Made by a program: the position numbers and the translations under genes
Part shown: positions 42,201 to 52,900 of the stretch, piece by piece
How positions within the stretch are numbered: position 1 is the stretch's first letter
Layout of the letters: each line of letters begins with the position of its first letter
Assembly (NCBI GenBank): GCA_963674865.2
Contig: CAXXYE010000011.1
Location: 64,001-128,000, forward strand
Source: Candidatus Hydrogenedentota bacterium
GTDB taxonomy: Bacteria > Hydrogenedentota > Hydrogenedentia > Hydrogenedentales > SLHB01
Direction: 5' to 3'
DNA length: 64,000 nt
The notes under the pieces: generated by a model
The model's input: the letters and a program-made list of their open reading frames with translations, nothing else
What the model was told of the DNA's origin: nothing
Databases searched by the model: none

Positions 42201-43316
42201 CAGCAGCAGCCGGTCGAAATCCAAGAGCGGATTTCCCAAGAGGGCTTGGTCGTGAAGCTGGTTGAACCGGTCCACGACCGCATCGAGGGCGGCTTTTCGC
42301 TCGGCGTCGAGTTTGTCGCCGTCACCCAGGAGCCGGTCGTGCGTTTTCCTCAATTCGGCGAGACGTTTCAAATAGACGTTGCCCTGGGGATATCGAGCGT
42401 CGAACGTGTCGATCAGGTCTCTGACGGCCAGTTCGAGCGAACGCCAGCGATCGTCCCCAACGCCCGGCTTTACTTCTACCGGTGTGGCCCCCGGTACCGG
42501 CCGGATGACGACCTTCTGCCAAAGGGTTTCGTGGGCCAGGTAGTTGAGAATGTTGCCGGTAAGCCGCTGCAGATTCGCCTTGAAGGGGTTCGCCGCATGA
42601 CCGTAGTGGGGCAGTCGCCAGCCCATCGCCACGATCCGCCCGGAACCGAGTTCGTAATCCACCAGCGGGTTTTCCGATCCGCCGGGCGTTCGGGCCAAGA
42701 GCATCCCGCCGGCCGGTCCTCCGGAGGCGTGAAAATCGGAGAAGGCGGGAAAGCCGGCGTCGCTGACGGGTATCGGTCGGCCTTGGGAGCCCATGCCCTT
42801 GAAGATCGGATGCGACTGGACGACCGGGACCAGTGTCGCGGGATTGGCGTCCTGGCCGGGTCCGCCAAGTCGCGTGGCAATCGGTTCCACGCCCAGGGCA
42901 TGTGTCATGGCTAAGGCCGCGCCGGAGAGGAACAGCCCGCCGCCGTCGGAGACATATTTGCGGAGCGATTCAAGCCTGGCCGGATCGTGGATCGGCCCGG
43001 TCAGGTCGGTCGAGTCGCCCTGATGGATCCAGAGCACGTCAAAACGGTCGAGAGATACTTCCTTTCCGCCCTGGTCGACGAAGGTCCCGCGCTCACCGAC
43101 CGTCACCAGCGCGGCTGCCGCCAGTTTGTTCGCCAACTGAAACGCGGCCTTGCCCTCGCCGCCAAGCGCTTCTGATGACGCTCGCGAGGCCACGAACCCA
43201 ACGGACACCTCTTCGCCGGCAACCAGCGGTGCGCGAAGAAATGACGGCCCGATCGCCGCGACGAGCAAGCCATATTTCACTATGCCAGACGCAAAACTAG
43301 GCGATCTGAAATCCAT
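39254..43316 (-). CDS. HzsA-like di-haem protein fused to a C-terminal SUMF1/FGE-sulfatase-like domain; several frameshifts at about 41100-41830
   Basis: 'DNYDACYLPDGRIVFSST', 'GTVPVEEDGSA.F.VP', CVGCH, CAGCH, 'IPAGAFIMG', 'LPTEAQWEYACRAGT', 'DMHGNAAEW', 'VVRGGSW' spread over ORFs 41496.., 41390.., 40599.. and 39254.. Confidence 0.85.
39421..39480. repeat. Palindromic element (family D) lying in frame inside a CDS
   Basis: AAGGGGACATTCTACTT...AAGTAGAATGTCCCCTT, 17 bp perfect arms, extended by CCGAAA/TTTCGG. Confidence 0.8.
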
Positions 43317-43850
43317 GCGAGTCTTGTCCTCAGCGCTGAATAATCAACTGCTGTCCAACTTCACCCCTGCCTGACAAGCGGGCTGTGGAGCTATTGCATT
43401 GCCTGCCGCGTCGCTCGCATTGGGGGGTGTGCCAAGGCTGTATCAAGAATATGTTAAACCATCTGCACGATTCGCGATACAGGACGAGAAGTGCTTCTGG
43501 GGGGCGGAAAAGACGGAAGGCTACGGCAAAGAGCGGACTACCGGGCCGAGGCGCCCATGAATTGGGAGTAGACGGACCTGCCTGCTCCCACGCCGAGTTC
43601 GATGATCAGCGAGGGCGCCCCGCTTGAGTCAGTGGATGAACAGGACGGGGACCCCATTCCCTACCAACCCCCCTTCTACCCCGCTACAATGACCTCTCGG
43701 CTAGCCACCCCAAACCGCTAGCGGAGATCCATGCAAGGTCACCATACTCCAACTGGCCCCGACGTCCGTGAAGCTGAGAGCGACCCATCGATCAGGCTTA
43801 TCTGGGGCATAACCGGTAACAATCCAATGTTCTCCCAGGAGTCCTAACTC

Positions 43851-44750
43851 ATGACCCCACACCTCACCAGACGCAGCTTTCTCGCCACCGCCGCCGGAGC
43901 CGCCATGACCGTTCCGGCCGTAGCCTCCGCCGCGGCGAACGCCCCAACACCCGGCCCCTTCGCCGGACGCATCTACAAGGCCGTCAAGGGCTCGATGATC
44001 CAGGGCGAGATGCCGCTCTTGGAGAAATTCAGACTCTCCAAGGAAGTCGGCTTCGACGGCATCACCCTCTTTGCTCCCGACCGTGAAGACCTCAAAGAAG
44101 CCTTGGAGGCCCAAGACAAGACCGGCCTCATGATCCACAACATCAACAACGCGGTCCATTGGAAGCAGCGGCTCTCCGATCCCGATCCGGCCGTGCGGCA
44201 AGAATCGCTCGAAGCCCTCATGGCGGCGCTGCGTTTCGCCCATGCCGCAGGTGCTTCGTCCGTGCTGCTGGTGGTGGGCAAGGTGACCGACCCCGAGCAC
44301 GAAAACCACGACCAGGTCTGGGAACGCTCCATCGCCGGAATCCGCCAGGCCATCCCCCTGGCCGCCAAACTGGGCGTGCGAATCCTCTGCGAAAACGTGG
44401 GCAACGGCTTCTGCGAAACGCCCCAAGAGTGGGCCCGATATCTGGACGAAATCGGCGACCCCTGGGTAGGCGCCTTCTTCGACATCGGCAACCACCATAG
44501 CCGCGGTGGGGCGGCGAACTGGATCCGCGTCCTGGGCGAGCGAATCGTCAAGCTCGACGTCAAAGGCCACGATACAACCATCGGCCGCAACTGCAATATC
44601 TTCGATGGCAATCTCGACTGGGCCTCCGTCCGCGACGAACTCGCCAAACTCCAGTTCACCGGCTGGGCAACCGCCGAAGTCAAAGGCGGCGGCCGGGAAC
44701 GGCTCCGCGAAGTGGCCGAACGGATGGATAAGGCGCTGGGGATTGCTTGA
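43851..44750 (+). CDS. Tat-exported sugar-phosphate isomerase/epimerase (xylose-isomerase-like TIM barrel)
   Basis: 'TRRSFL' Tat motif, 'GFDGI', 'ENV', 'FDIGN', 'LDVKG', 'TAEV'. Confidence 0.85.
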   Translation: MTPHLTRRSFLATAAGAAMTVPAVASAAANAPTPGPFAGRIYKAVKGSMIQGEMPLLEKFRLSKEVGFDGITLFAPDREDLKEALEAQDKTGLMIHNINNAVHWKQRLSDPDPAVRQESLEALMAALRFAHAAGASSVLLVVGKVTDPEHENHDQVWERSIAGIRQAIPLAAKLGVRILCENVGNGFCETPQEWARYLDEIGDPWVGAFFDIGNHHSRGGAANWIRVLGERIVKLDVKGHDTTIGRNCNIFDGNLDWASVRDELAKLQFTGWATAEVKGGGRERLREVAERMDKALGIA

Positions 44751-44778
44751 GGGGAGCGGTTAGCGGTTGGCCTGGATA

Positions 44779-44872
44779 ATTCATCAGCCGTGACGCGCTA
44801 GCGTCCGGTTCCCGATTTGCCCCACAAGAACCGGACGCTAGCGCGTCGCGGCTGATTGACACACTGCATTCA
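44779..44872. repeat. REPIN family C, single (non-amplified) copy
   Basis: ATTCATCAGCCGTGACGCGCTAGCGTCCGGTTCCCGATT...GAACCGGACGCTAGCGCGTCGCGGCTGATTGA; near-identical to the 35418-35600 element, including the TGCATTCAG flank. Confidence 0.9.
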
Positions 44873-44933
44873 GACCTGGTTGGAAGCTGAAGCCTAATCG
44901 CTGACAGCCAGCTGCCCACTGGCCACTTCATGT

Positions 44934-47333
44934 CTACTTCAGCGTCAGCGCATAGAGCGTAACCGAACAGGCAGCCACCGGAAGCGAGTCACCAACCCCC
45001 GACACCGAATCCTGCTCGATAGCCACCGCCGCCGGTTTGCCAGGCTCGTTGTAGGCCATCGAATCGTCGCCGGCGATCTGCCAGCGGCGGCCCGTCCCCG
45101 TCAGGGTGATGCCGGATACGTCAAGCGAGACGTTTAGCTTCCGCATGGTTGGATTGACCACGGACACGGTAAGAGTCTTCTTGTCCTCGCTCAGCGCGGC
45201 CGCCACGTCGAGCGGTTCATCCGCCGTGACCTCGACCGGCACAACGCCGAACCGCTCGCGATAGAGTTTTAGGGCCAATCCGGTGGTGGCAAATGCCGCG
45301 TCGGTCTTCGAGGTCTTGATGCAGCCGATCACGTTCACCGTCTGGGCGTAGTTGGCCATCAAGAACATGTCGCTATGGCGGCTGAATTCGTTCAGCCCCG
45401 CCGCAATCCCCAGGGCGTCCTTGAGAAAGTACCGGGTGCCCAGTTCTCCGAAAGCGTGCTGACCGTACCAATAGTTCCACTCATCCAAAGCGATGCGGAT
45501 ATCCTTGCCCGCCAGCGACGCGATCTCCTCTCGATAACGCCGATGGGCCTCGGCCTTGTGACGCACGGCGTCGGGGATCTGGCGGACGTGGGCGATCAGT
45601 CCGGGGGCTCCGTGACAGTAGAAATGCTCGCTAATCAGGTCCATCTGATCGGCGCAATGGGTCATCATTCCTTCGCTCCACGGTCCGGTAGCGCCCACGG
45701 CCACCAGCACGATCGCAGGATCCTTGGCCCTAAACGCCTCGGCGAACGTGTTGTGCTTCTTGACGTACTCTTCCAGCGGCATGTGACCCAGTTGCCAGCC
45801 GCCGTACATCTCGTTGCCGATCCCCCACCACTTCACGCCGTACGCTTCAGGATGGCCGTTCTTGGTCCTCAACCGGCCCATCGGTGAATCGGGGCCGCCG
45901 TTGGCATACTCCAGTTCGTCCACCGCGCTCTGAACGCCCCCCTGGCCGCTGTTGACCGCGATGTACGGCTCGGTATCCAGAATCCGGCAGAAGTTGATGA
46001 ATTCGTCCAGACCGAAGTCATTATGCTCCACGCCCGTCCAGGCCGGGTTCTTTCGCGGCGGACGGCGGTCGCGATCACCGATACCGTCTCGCCAGTCATA
46101 TCCGCTGACGAAATTTCCTCCCGGCCAACGATAGACGGGCGAGTCGAGTTCCTTCAAGAGTGCCAGCGTATCGGCCCGCATTCCGTCGACGTTATCGGCC
46201 GGCATCAGCGAGAGGGTGCCCAGCAGGCAGGGCCCTCCGTCGGTCACGCCGATCTCCAACATGCCCTGATCGGTGGTGGCCCCGGCCGTAAAGCGGAACG
46301 AGTATCTCCCGTAGCCGTCCGTGGCGTTAGTGATCGTGGCACTATCGGCGGCGTCCTCGCCCCAACGCAAGGCGACCTGCACGACGGTGCTGTCTTGGCT
46401 TGGCTTGATCCAGACGTACCCCACGTAGTCGCGGCCCTCGATCAATCCCAGGTCGCGCTGCCGGATACCGCCGCCGGGCGCCATCAGCGGGGTATGCTCG
46501 CCCACGAACGGGTCTTCCTTGACCATCGTGACCGAATCGTCGGCCCCCATAATTTGCCAGGGCGAGGCCCCGACGATTTGAAAGGGCGTGCCTTCGACCG
46601 CTCGCTCATTGGCGAGGTAGGGATTGTATTCGGCCGTGACCGGAAAGTAGAACTTGCGATCGTGGAGCATCTCGGCCCAAATGCCGCCGTCGATGCAACG
46701 GCCCAAGTGTTCGATGAACTGGCCGTAAATGTACTTCGAGATCGGCTCGCCGGTCTTGCTTGCGTCGACGGTGATGCCCGGTTTCCAGTCCTTCAACGCT
46801 ACCGGCTCCAGTCGCAGATCGTCGAACCAGGCCTTTCCGGTAACCGTCCCCCAGCCGCCGAAGAGGCAGTTGATCCAGACCTGGTCCCGGTCGCCAGAGT
46901 CGAAGAGGATTTCGACCTTGGTCCAATCGTTGTTGCCGACCACGGCCTTGGTCTGGATAGGCGCGAGATTGTGAAGGTTCAAGAGAACTCCCTTGCCCCC
47001 TTTTCGCTTGACGCCCTCGGTCTTGATCCAGCCCGAGAGCCGGTAGACGGCGTGCGGCTCGACCGGCACCTCGGCGTACCAGGATGCGTCGGCCCCTTCC
47101 GCGGAAGTGATCATCAGGCTCCGCTTGCCCGTGCGTCCCGTCTCGACATACTCGAACTCGGCCTTCCCAGCCCAGGTATGGGGCTTCCACTGTTGCGGTT
47201 GATCGCCGGCGGCCTCTTCAAACGAAGCGTTGGGCAACAAGTTGGCCGCATCTTGGGCAGCCACTGCAAGTTGGCCGAGGAGAGTCCCCGCTACGAAAGC
47301 CACGATTGTCAGACTTGCACGTTTCACTTTCAT
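44934..47333 (-). CDS. GH51 alpha-L-arabinofuranosidase with N-terminal CBM4/9-like module
   Basis: 'IYGQFIEHLGRCI.GG', 'RWPGGNF', 'WGIGNEMYG', 'ALDEWN', 'AQTVNVIG'. Confidence 0.9.
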   Translation of the reverse strand: MKVKRASLTIVAFVAGTLLGQLAVAAQDAANLLPNASFEEAAGDQPQQWKPHTWAGKAEFEYVETGRTGKRSLMITSAEGADASWYAEVPVEPHAVYRLSGWIKTEGVKRKGGKGVLLNLHNLAPIQTKAVVGNNDWTKVEILFDSGDRDQVWINCLFGGWGTVTGKAWFDDLRLEPVALKDWKPGITVDASKTGEPISKYIYGQFIEHLGRCIDGGIWAEMLHDRKFYFPVTAEYNPYLANERAVEGTPFQIVGASPWQIMGADDSVTMVKEDPFVGEHTPLMAPGGGIRQRDLGLIEGRDYVGYVWIKPSQDSTVVQVALRWGEDAADSATITNATDGYGRYSFRFTAGATTDQGMLEIGVTDGGPCLLGTLSLMPADNVDGMRADTLALLKELDSPVYRWPGGNFVSGYDWRDGIGDRDRRPPRKNPAWTGVEHNDFGLDEFINFCRILDTEPYIAVNSGQGGVQSAVDELEYANGGPDSPMGRLRTKNGHPEAYGVKWWGIGNEMYGGWQLGHMPLEEYVKKHNTFAEAFRAKDPAIVLVAVGATGPWSEGMMTHCADQMDLISEHFYCHGAPGLIAHVRQIPDAVRHKAEAHRRYREEIASLAGKDIRIALDEWNYWYGQHAFGELGTRYFLKDALGIAAGLNEFSRHSDMFLMANYAQTVNVIGCIKTSKTDAAFATTGLALKLYRERFGVVPVEVTADEPLDVAAALSEDKKTLTVSVVNPTMRKLNVSLDVSGITLTGTGRRWQIAGDDSMAYNEPGKPAAVAIEQDSVSGVGDSLPVAACSVTLYALTLK

Positions 47334-47358
47334 GATGATTCGATCCTCTTGTGGACGT

Positions 47359-47474
47359 AGTGTGTAAAGGAAAAAGGGAGAAGGGGGGAAATGGGAAGCC
47401 AATGCGTGGAGCGGACAATCTTGGTGTCCTCTCTTCCCATTTCTCCCCTTTCCCGTTTTCCCTCCTTACACACT
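47359..47474. repeat. Purine/pyrimidine-rich imperfect inverted repeat in the GH2-GH51 spacer
   Basis: AGTGTGTAAAGGAAAAAGGGAGAAGGGGGGAAATGGGAAG versus CTTCCCATTTCTCCCCTTTCCCGTTTTCCCTCCTTACACACT. Confidence 0.65.
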
Positions 47475-47521
47475 GGAGTAGAACCGGTCTATGGGAAGAT
47501 GAACCGGAAAGACGTCTCCGA

Positions 47522-49780
47522 TCACTCTTCCGCAGGTTTCACATCGCTAATCCCCACGTCGATATACTGTCCGCCCCGAGTTTGTCGACAGTGCACCGCG
47601 AGGACGTTCCTACCCTTCTTGAGCGCCGCGGCCAGTTTCTTGCCGGCGTGCGCGAGGACATAGTCGGTAGTGTATCCGGTCAATTCCGCCACCAAACGGC
47701 CGTTGACGTAGACCTGGGCGTCCTCGTCGTGATGTACCATGAGGGAGAGTTCGTTGAAGTCGGCGTCATCCAGGGTGAAGGAACGCCGCAGCCAGATGTC
47801 CGGAGATTTCCATTCCGTGCGGACAATCGCGCCCGGCGTATCCTTGGCGCCGAAACCGCCGGGCCCTTCCTGCCAGGAAGAATCGTCATGGTCCGGCTGC
47901 TGCCACCCTTCGTCCGGTTTGGTGGTGCGATAACGCCACGATTGGGCCTCCTGTTGGGAGGTGGGCACAACCTGACTGACCACCGGGGGCGGCCCGTGCA
48001 AGCGGCGATGGGCCTCGGCCAGCCGCTTGGCGTCCATTTTGACCACGGCCCGGTCGTAGGTCATCAGGCCGTTGACTTCGATTTCGACGTCGGTGGTTTG
48101 GGTGTAGACGGCCGCCGAAAGACCTTCGCCGATCATCGGATGGAGTCGGTGCATCAAAGATATATAGGCTTCAGTCAGATCCTCCCGGGTCTTGTACGAT
48201 CGGTATCCCCAGTTCTTTTCGGCCTGCCAGGTGTGCCCCTCCAGCGGCAGCCCCAATCCGCCGAACTCGCCCAGCACGATGGCCCGATCGGCCTCCGGTT
48301 CCGGCCGGCCGGGCCCGGGATAGCGGTGCACGTCGTTCATGTCTCCCGTGCCCCGGTCGGTCCAGCCGCTGGTCGAGTTCACCAGCCGACTCGGGTCACG
48401 CTTGCGGACCCAATCGGTGATTCGCCCCGTATCGTACTGCCCCCAGCCCTCGTTGAACGGCACCCAGATCACGATCGACGGATGGTTCCGCAGGTTGTCC
48501 ATCACGCGGCCCAACTCCAATTCAAACTGCTGGGCCGATTCGGGGCTCCGCTTCAAGTCGGGCTCATTGCCGCGAATGTACTTGTCGCCACTTGGCATGT
48601 CCTGCCAGACCAACAGCCCCAGCTTGTCGCACCAATAGTAGAGCCGCCGCGGTTCCACCTTGACGTGCTTTCGCAGCATGTTGCAGCCGAGGTCCTTGAG
48701 TACCTCCAGGTCGTAGCGGAGGGCCTCGTCGCTGGGGGCCGTATAGAGACCGTCCGGCCACCAACCCTGGTCCAACGGCCCATATTGAAAGAGGAACCTG
48801 CCGTTGAGCATGATCCGCGTGATGCCGTCCTTGTCCTTGCCCAGGGCGATCTTCCGCATCCCGAAATAGCTATCCACCGCGTCCAGCGTCCGGTCGTTCC
48901 GGATCAGCTCCACTTTCAGATCGTAGAGGAACGGCGAATCGGGAGACCAGAGCTTGGGCTCCTTCAGCTTGATCTCGAGTGGCTTGCCGACCGGGCCGAC
49001 CGAGCCCATGAAAACGTCGTCCTCGGCCATGCTTACGGCCTTGATCGTATCGCCCTTCTGGGCGCCGCTGGTCTCCACCGATAACCTTAGCACGCCCGCA
49101 TCAACGTCAGGCACCATCTCCAACGCCCCAATCGAAGCCTCCGGCACCGGCTCCAGCCAAACCGTCTGCCAGATACCGGTCACCGAGGTGTACCAGATCC
49201 CCTTCGGCTCCTTGACCTGCTTGCCCCGCGGCTGCGTGCCGTCGTCGGTCGGATCCCAGACCGAGAGCACTAATTCCTGCTCCCTGCCCGGTTTGAGGGC
49301 CTTGGTTATGTCAAACGTAAACGGATCGTATCCACCTCGATGGCTGCCCAGCTCCTGGCCGTTGAGCCATGCCGTGGCATCCCAATCGACGGCCTCGAAA
49401 TGCAGAAGCACCCGCCCGGCGGGCCAGTCGGCCGGCACTTTGAAGGTGCGGCGATACCAGAGCCGGTTGTCGGGACCTACCTTCTTCATCACGCCGGAGA
49501 GGGCCGATTCGATCGGAAACGGCACCAAAATCCACTCGTCAAACGTCTCGGGCCGATCGGCCTCGCGAGTTGCAAGGGTGCACTCCCAAAGACCGTTGAG
49601 GTTCAACCACTTATCGCGTACCATCTGCGGTCGCGGATACTCGGGATGGGCCTTTTCGGGCGAGACCTCCTGGGCCCACCGGGTCATCAACGGACCGTCG
49701 GCCGCTTGCCATTGCCCGTGGCAGCAGAGCGTGCCACCAATAGTCAGCATCATGGAGAGAATTAGGAGTCTCGTTTTCAT
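47522..49780 (-). CDS. GH2 glycoside hydrolase (beta-galactosidase-like), exported
   Basis: 'EYPRPQMVR..W.NLNGLW', 'LLHFEAVDW', 'GIWQTVWLE', 'LDQGWWPDG', 'RKHVK', 'FNEGWGQ', 'GEFGG'. Confidence 0.9.
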   Translation of the reverse strand: MKTRLLILSMMLTIGGTLCCHGQWQAADGPLMTRWAQEVSPEKAHPEYPRPQMVRDKWLNLNGLWECTLATREADRPETFDEWILVPFPIESALSGVMKKVGPDNRLWYRRTFKVPADWPAGRVLLHFEAVDWDATAWLNGQELGSHRGGYDPFTFDITKALKPGREQELVLSVWDPTDDGTQPRGKQVKEPKGIWYTSVTGIWQTVWLEPVPEASIGALEMVPDVDAGVLRLSVETSGAQKGDTIKAVSMAEDDVFMGSVGPVGKPLEIKLKEPKLWSPDSPFLYDLKVELIRNDRTLDAVDSYFGMRKIALGKDKDGITRIMLNGRFLFQYGPLDQGWWPDGLYTAPSDEALRYDLEVLKDLGCNMLRKHVKVEPRRLYYWCDKLGLLVWQDMPSGDKYIRGNEPDLKRSPESAQQFELELGRVMDNLRNHPSIVIWVPFNEGWGQYDTGRITDWVRKRDPSRLVNSTSGWTDRGTGDMNDVHRYPGPGRPEPEADRAIVLGEFGGLGLPLEGHTWQAEKNWGYRSYKTREDLTEAYISLMHRLHPMIGEGLSAAVYTQTTDVEIEVNGLMTYDRAVVKMDAKRLAEAHRRLHGPPPVVSQVVPTSQQEAQSWRYRTTKPDEGWQQPDHDDSSWQEGPGGFGAKDTPGAIVRTEWKSPDIWLRRSFTLDDADFNELSLMVHHDEDAQVYVNGRLVAELTGYTTDYVLAHAGKKLAAALKKGRNVLAVHCRQTRGGQYIDVGISDVKPAEE

Positions 49781-49990
49781 CGGATTCTCCGATAGCCTGT
49801 TGTAAGGTTGGTTACAGCACACGCAAATGAGCCTATCGGCAAAGAGCCCCAATTTCAAGCCGTCAGGATCAACGCAGGGTGAATTGACGCCGCTGCCCGG
49901 GGGGCACTATCATGTCGAGCACGGTCGCGGTAAGAATCTCGTGCCCCACGGCGAGACTCCTCCTCAAGAGAACAGCAAGGAACTACGCCC

Positions 49991-52900
49991 ATGAACGGCC
50001 ATCTTCTCCGGCACTGCGTTTTCACGCTTCTGGCATTTGCCTGGACTGCAACCGAAACGCCGATCGTGGCCGACGACTTGGCCGACGGATTCGCCGATCC
50101 ACCCCCCGCCGCTCGGCCCGCCGCCTACTGGGCCTGGCTCAACGGCAGCGTCGATCGGGCTCAACTCACCCGCGAGTTGGAAGAGATGAAGGCCAAGGGC
50201 GTCAGCAAATACTACATCTTCGAGTGCGGGGCCAAGGATCCCGACGGCGTTATTCCCGCCGGCCCCGCGTTCATGGGAAAAGAGTCGCTCGAAGACATCG
50301 GCCACGCCATTCGCGAGGCCGGACGGCTGGGGATGGAACTCGGCTTCACCACCTCCAGCAGTTGGAACTGCGGAGGTTCCTGGGTAGAGCCGAAACATGC
50401 CAGTATGGGCCTCTTTCAAGCGGAGGTGAAGGTCGAGGGAGGCAAACGATTTTCCGACGTGCTGCCGTTTCCCAAGACGCCGGCCAAGGCACCCAAGCGA
50501 CCCGACGGGCTGCCCAAGTTCTACAAGGACGTGGCCGTGCTGGCGGTACCCGATTCGGACCGGGTGCCCGGCTACGAGTTCGTGCTCGAGTTGGCTCCAC
50601 CGGGGCCGCATACGATCGAGCGAGTGGTGCTCTACAACACCCAGACCGACAAGCCCGACCGACTGGGGCCGATGCAGCGTTTCGCCAAGGATTTCTCGGT
50701 CTCCGTCTCCGCTACCACGCCCGATCATGAATCCTCTACCGAAGTGCTCCGCGCGACTCTCAAACCGACCACCGCAGCCCAGGAGTTCAAGTTCCAGCCG
50801 GTCGAAGCCCGCCACGTGAAGCTGACGATCCTCTCGGGGCATAACCCCAAAGACGGCCGAATCGAACTGGCCGAGTTCGAGGCCTACGATCCGGCAGGCA
50901 AGAACGTCGCGCTAAAGTATTTCACCGACGGTTCCGGCAGCGATGCCACTTTGCTGCGATTCACTTCCGAGGCGTCGAAGTCGGGAGATTGGTCGGCCGG
51001 CAATATCCACGACGGGGCCAAGTCCAGCCCCGACGGAAGTTGGCGTTCAGGTCCGCCTCCCGCCGTGATCGAAAATATTGGTTCGGTCGTGAATTTGACA
51101 GACCGAATGGATGAGGATGGAAGACTGACCTGGGACGTTCCCCCCGGAAAATGGACCGTGATGCGGTTCGTCTGCACAAATACCGGTCAAGGCCTGGCAG
51201 TTCCCAGTCCCAATTCGCACGGGCTGGCCATCGACCACTTCAGTGCCGACGCCACGCGAATGCACTTTCAGTACCTGATCGACAAGCTGCAAGGCGAGGT
51301 GGGACCGCTGAAGGACACGGCCCTTTCGACGATGTACGTTTGCAGCTACGAACTTCGCGGAGCCGTCTGGACGCCCGATTTCATCCAACAATTCCAGCAG
51401 CGCCGCGGATATGACATGACGCCCTATCTGCCTTGCCTGTTCGGCTCGACGCTACAAGACCGCCAGATAGCCGGGCGCTTCGACTACGACTATCGCAAGA
51501 CCCAGGGCGACCTCCTGGTCGACGCCTTCTACAAGACGGCCCGCGATATGTCCAACAAGTACGGCCTTCAACTCTGCGCCGAGGCCGGAGGACCGGGCCC
51601 GCCGACTCATAACGTGCCGGTCGACGCCCTCAAGGCCCAAGGCGTGATGGACATCCCCCGGGGGGAATTCTGGACCGATCTGCACCTTTGGGTGGTCAAG
51701 GAAACCGCCTGCGCCGCGCACGTCTACGGAAAGCAATTCGTCGACATGGAAGCCTTTACCAGTTGGCGGCACTGGCAGGACGGGCCGTTCGATCTGAAAC
51801 CCTGCGCCGACCGGGCCATCTGCGACGGAACCAACCATTTCACCTTCCACACCTCGCCCCACGTGCCGCCCGCCGCCGGAATGCCCGGTTGGGTCTATCA
51901 CGCCGGCACGCACATGGGCCCCAGTCTGGCCTGGTGGCCCAAGGCCGGCGCCTTCCTCGACTACCTCGCCCGCTGTTCATATCTCCTGCAACAAGGGCTC
52001 TTCGTCGGCGACGTCTGCTATTACTACGGTGACCAGGCCTACAACTTCGTGCCGCCGAAGCATGACGAACCGTCGCTGGGACCGGGCTATGATTACGACG
52101 TGGCCAACGCGGAAGTGATCCTCACGCGAATGGCCGTCAAAGACGGCCGCATCGTGTTGCCCGACGGGATGAGTTACGAACTGCTCGTGTTGCCCAACCG
52201 GCCCGACATGGATCTGGATGTGCTGCGGAAACTCGAGCAACTGGTCCGGGCCGGAGCCACGATCGTGGGCCCCAAACCGATCCGATCCAACGGCCTGGAC
52301 GATTTCCGGACGCGCGACGCGGCGGTTAAGGAATTGGCCGACAAACTCTGGGGGCCCTGCAACGGAACCACCGTCACCAGTTACGACCATGGCCGGGGCC
52401 ACGTCATCTGGGGACGCACGCTCGGCCAGATTTTCGAGGCCCGAGGTATCGGTCCCGACTTCCAATTCCACGCCGCCGATGAAACCGAACTGGATTTCAT
52501 CCACCGCCGAGTGGGTGAGAGCCACGTCTATTTCGTCAGCAACCAGACACCCCGCTGGGCGAACGCCGACTGCGAGTTCCGTGTCCGCGGGCGTGCTCCC
52601 GAACTGTGGTTGCCCGAAACCGGTGAAATTCGACCGCTGGTCGTCTATCGAGACGCACCCCAAGGCACCGTCGTTCCCCTGCGGCTGCCGCCGTCGGGAT
52701 CGGTCTTCGTGGTATTTCGCCGTCAGGCCCGCGAGCCATACGTGGTCCTCGTGGGCGGTCGCCCGGACGTCTGCCAAGTGTCCCGCGGTGGGCAAAACAC
52801 GGCCAAGCTCTTGGCCTTCGAGGGCGGAACCTACACCCTCAAGACCGACCAAGGCAAAAAGATTCGCGCCGAGGTGAAAGCCGTCCCCGCAGAGCGGCAA

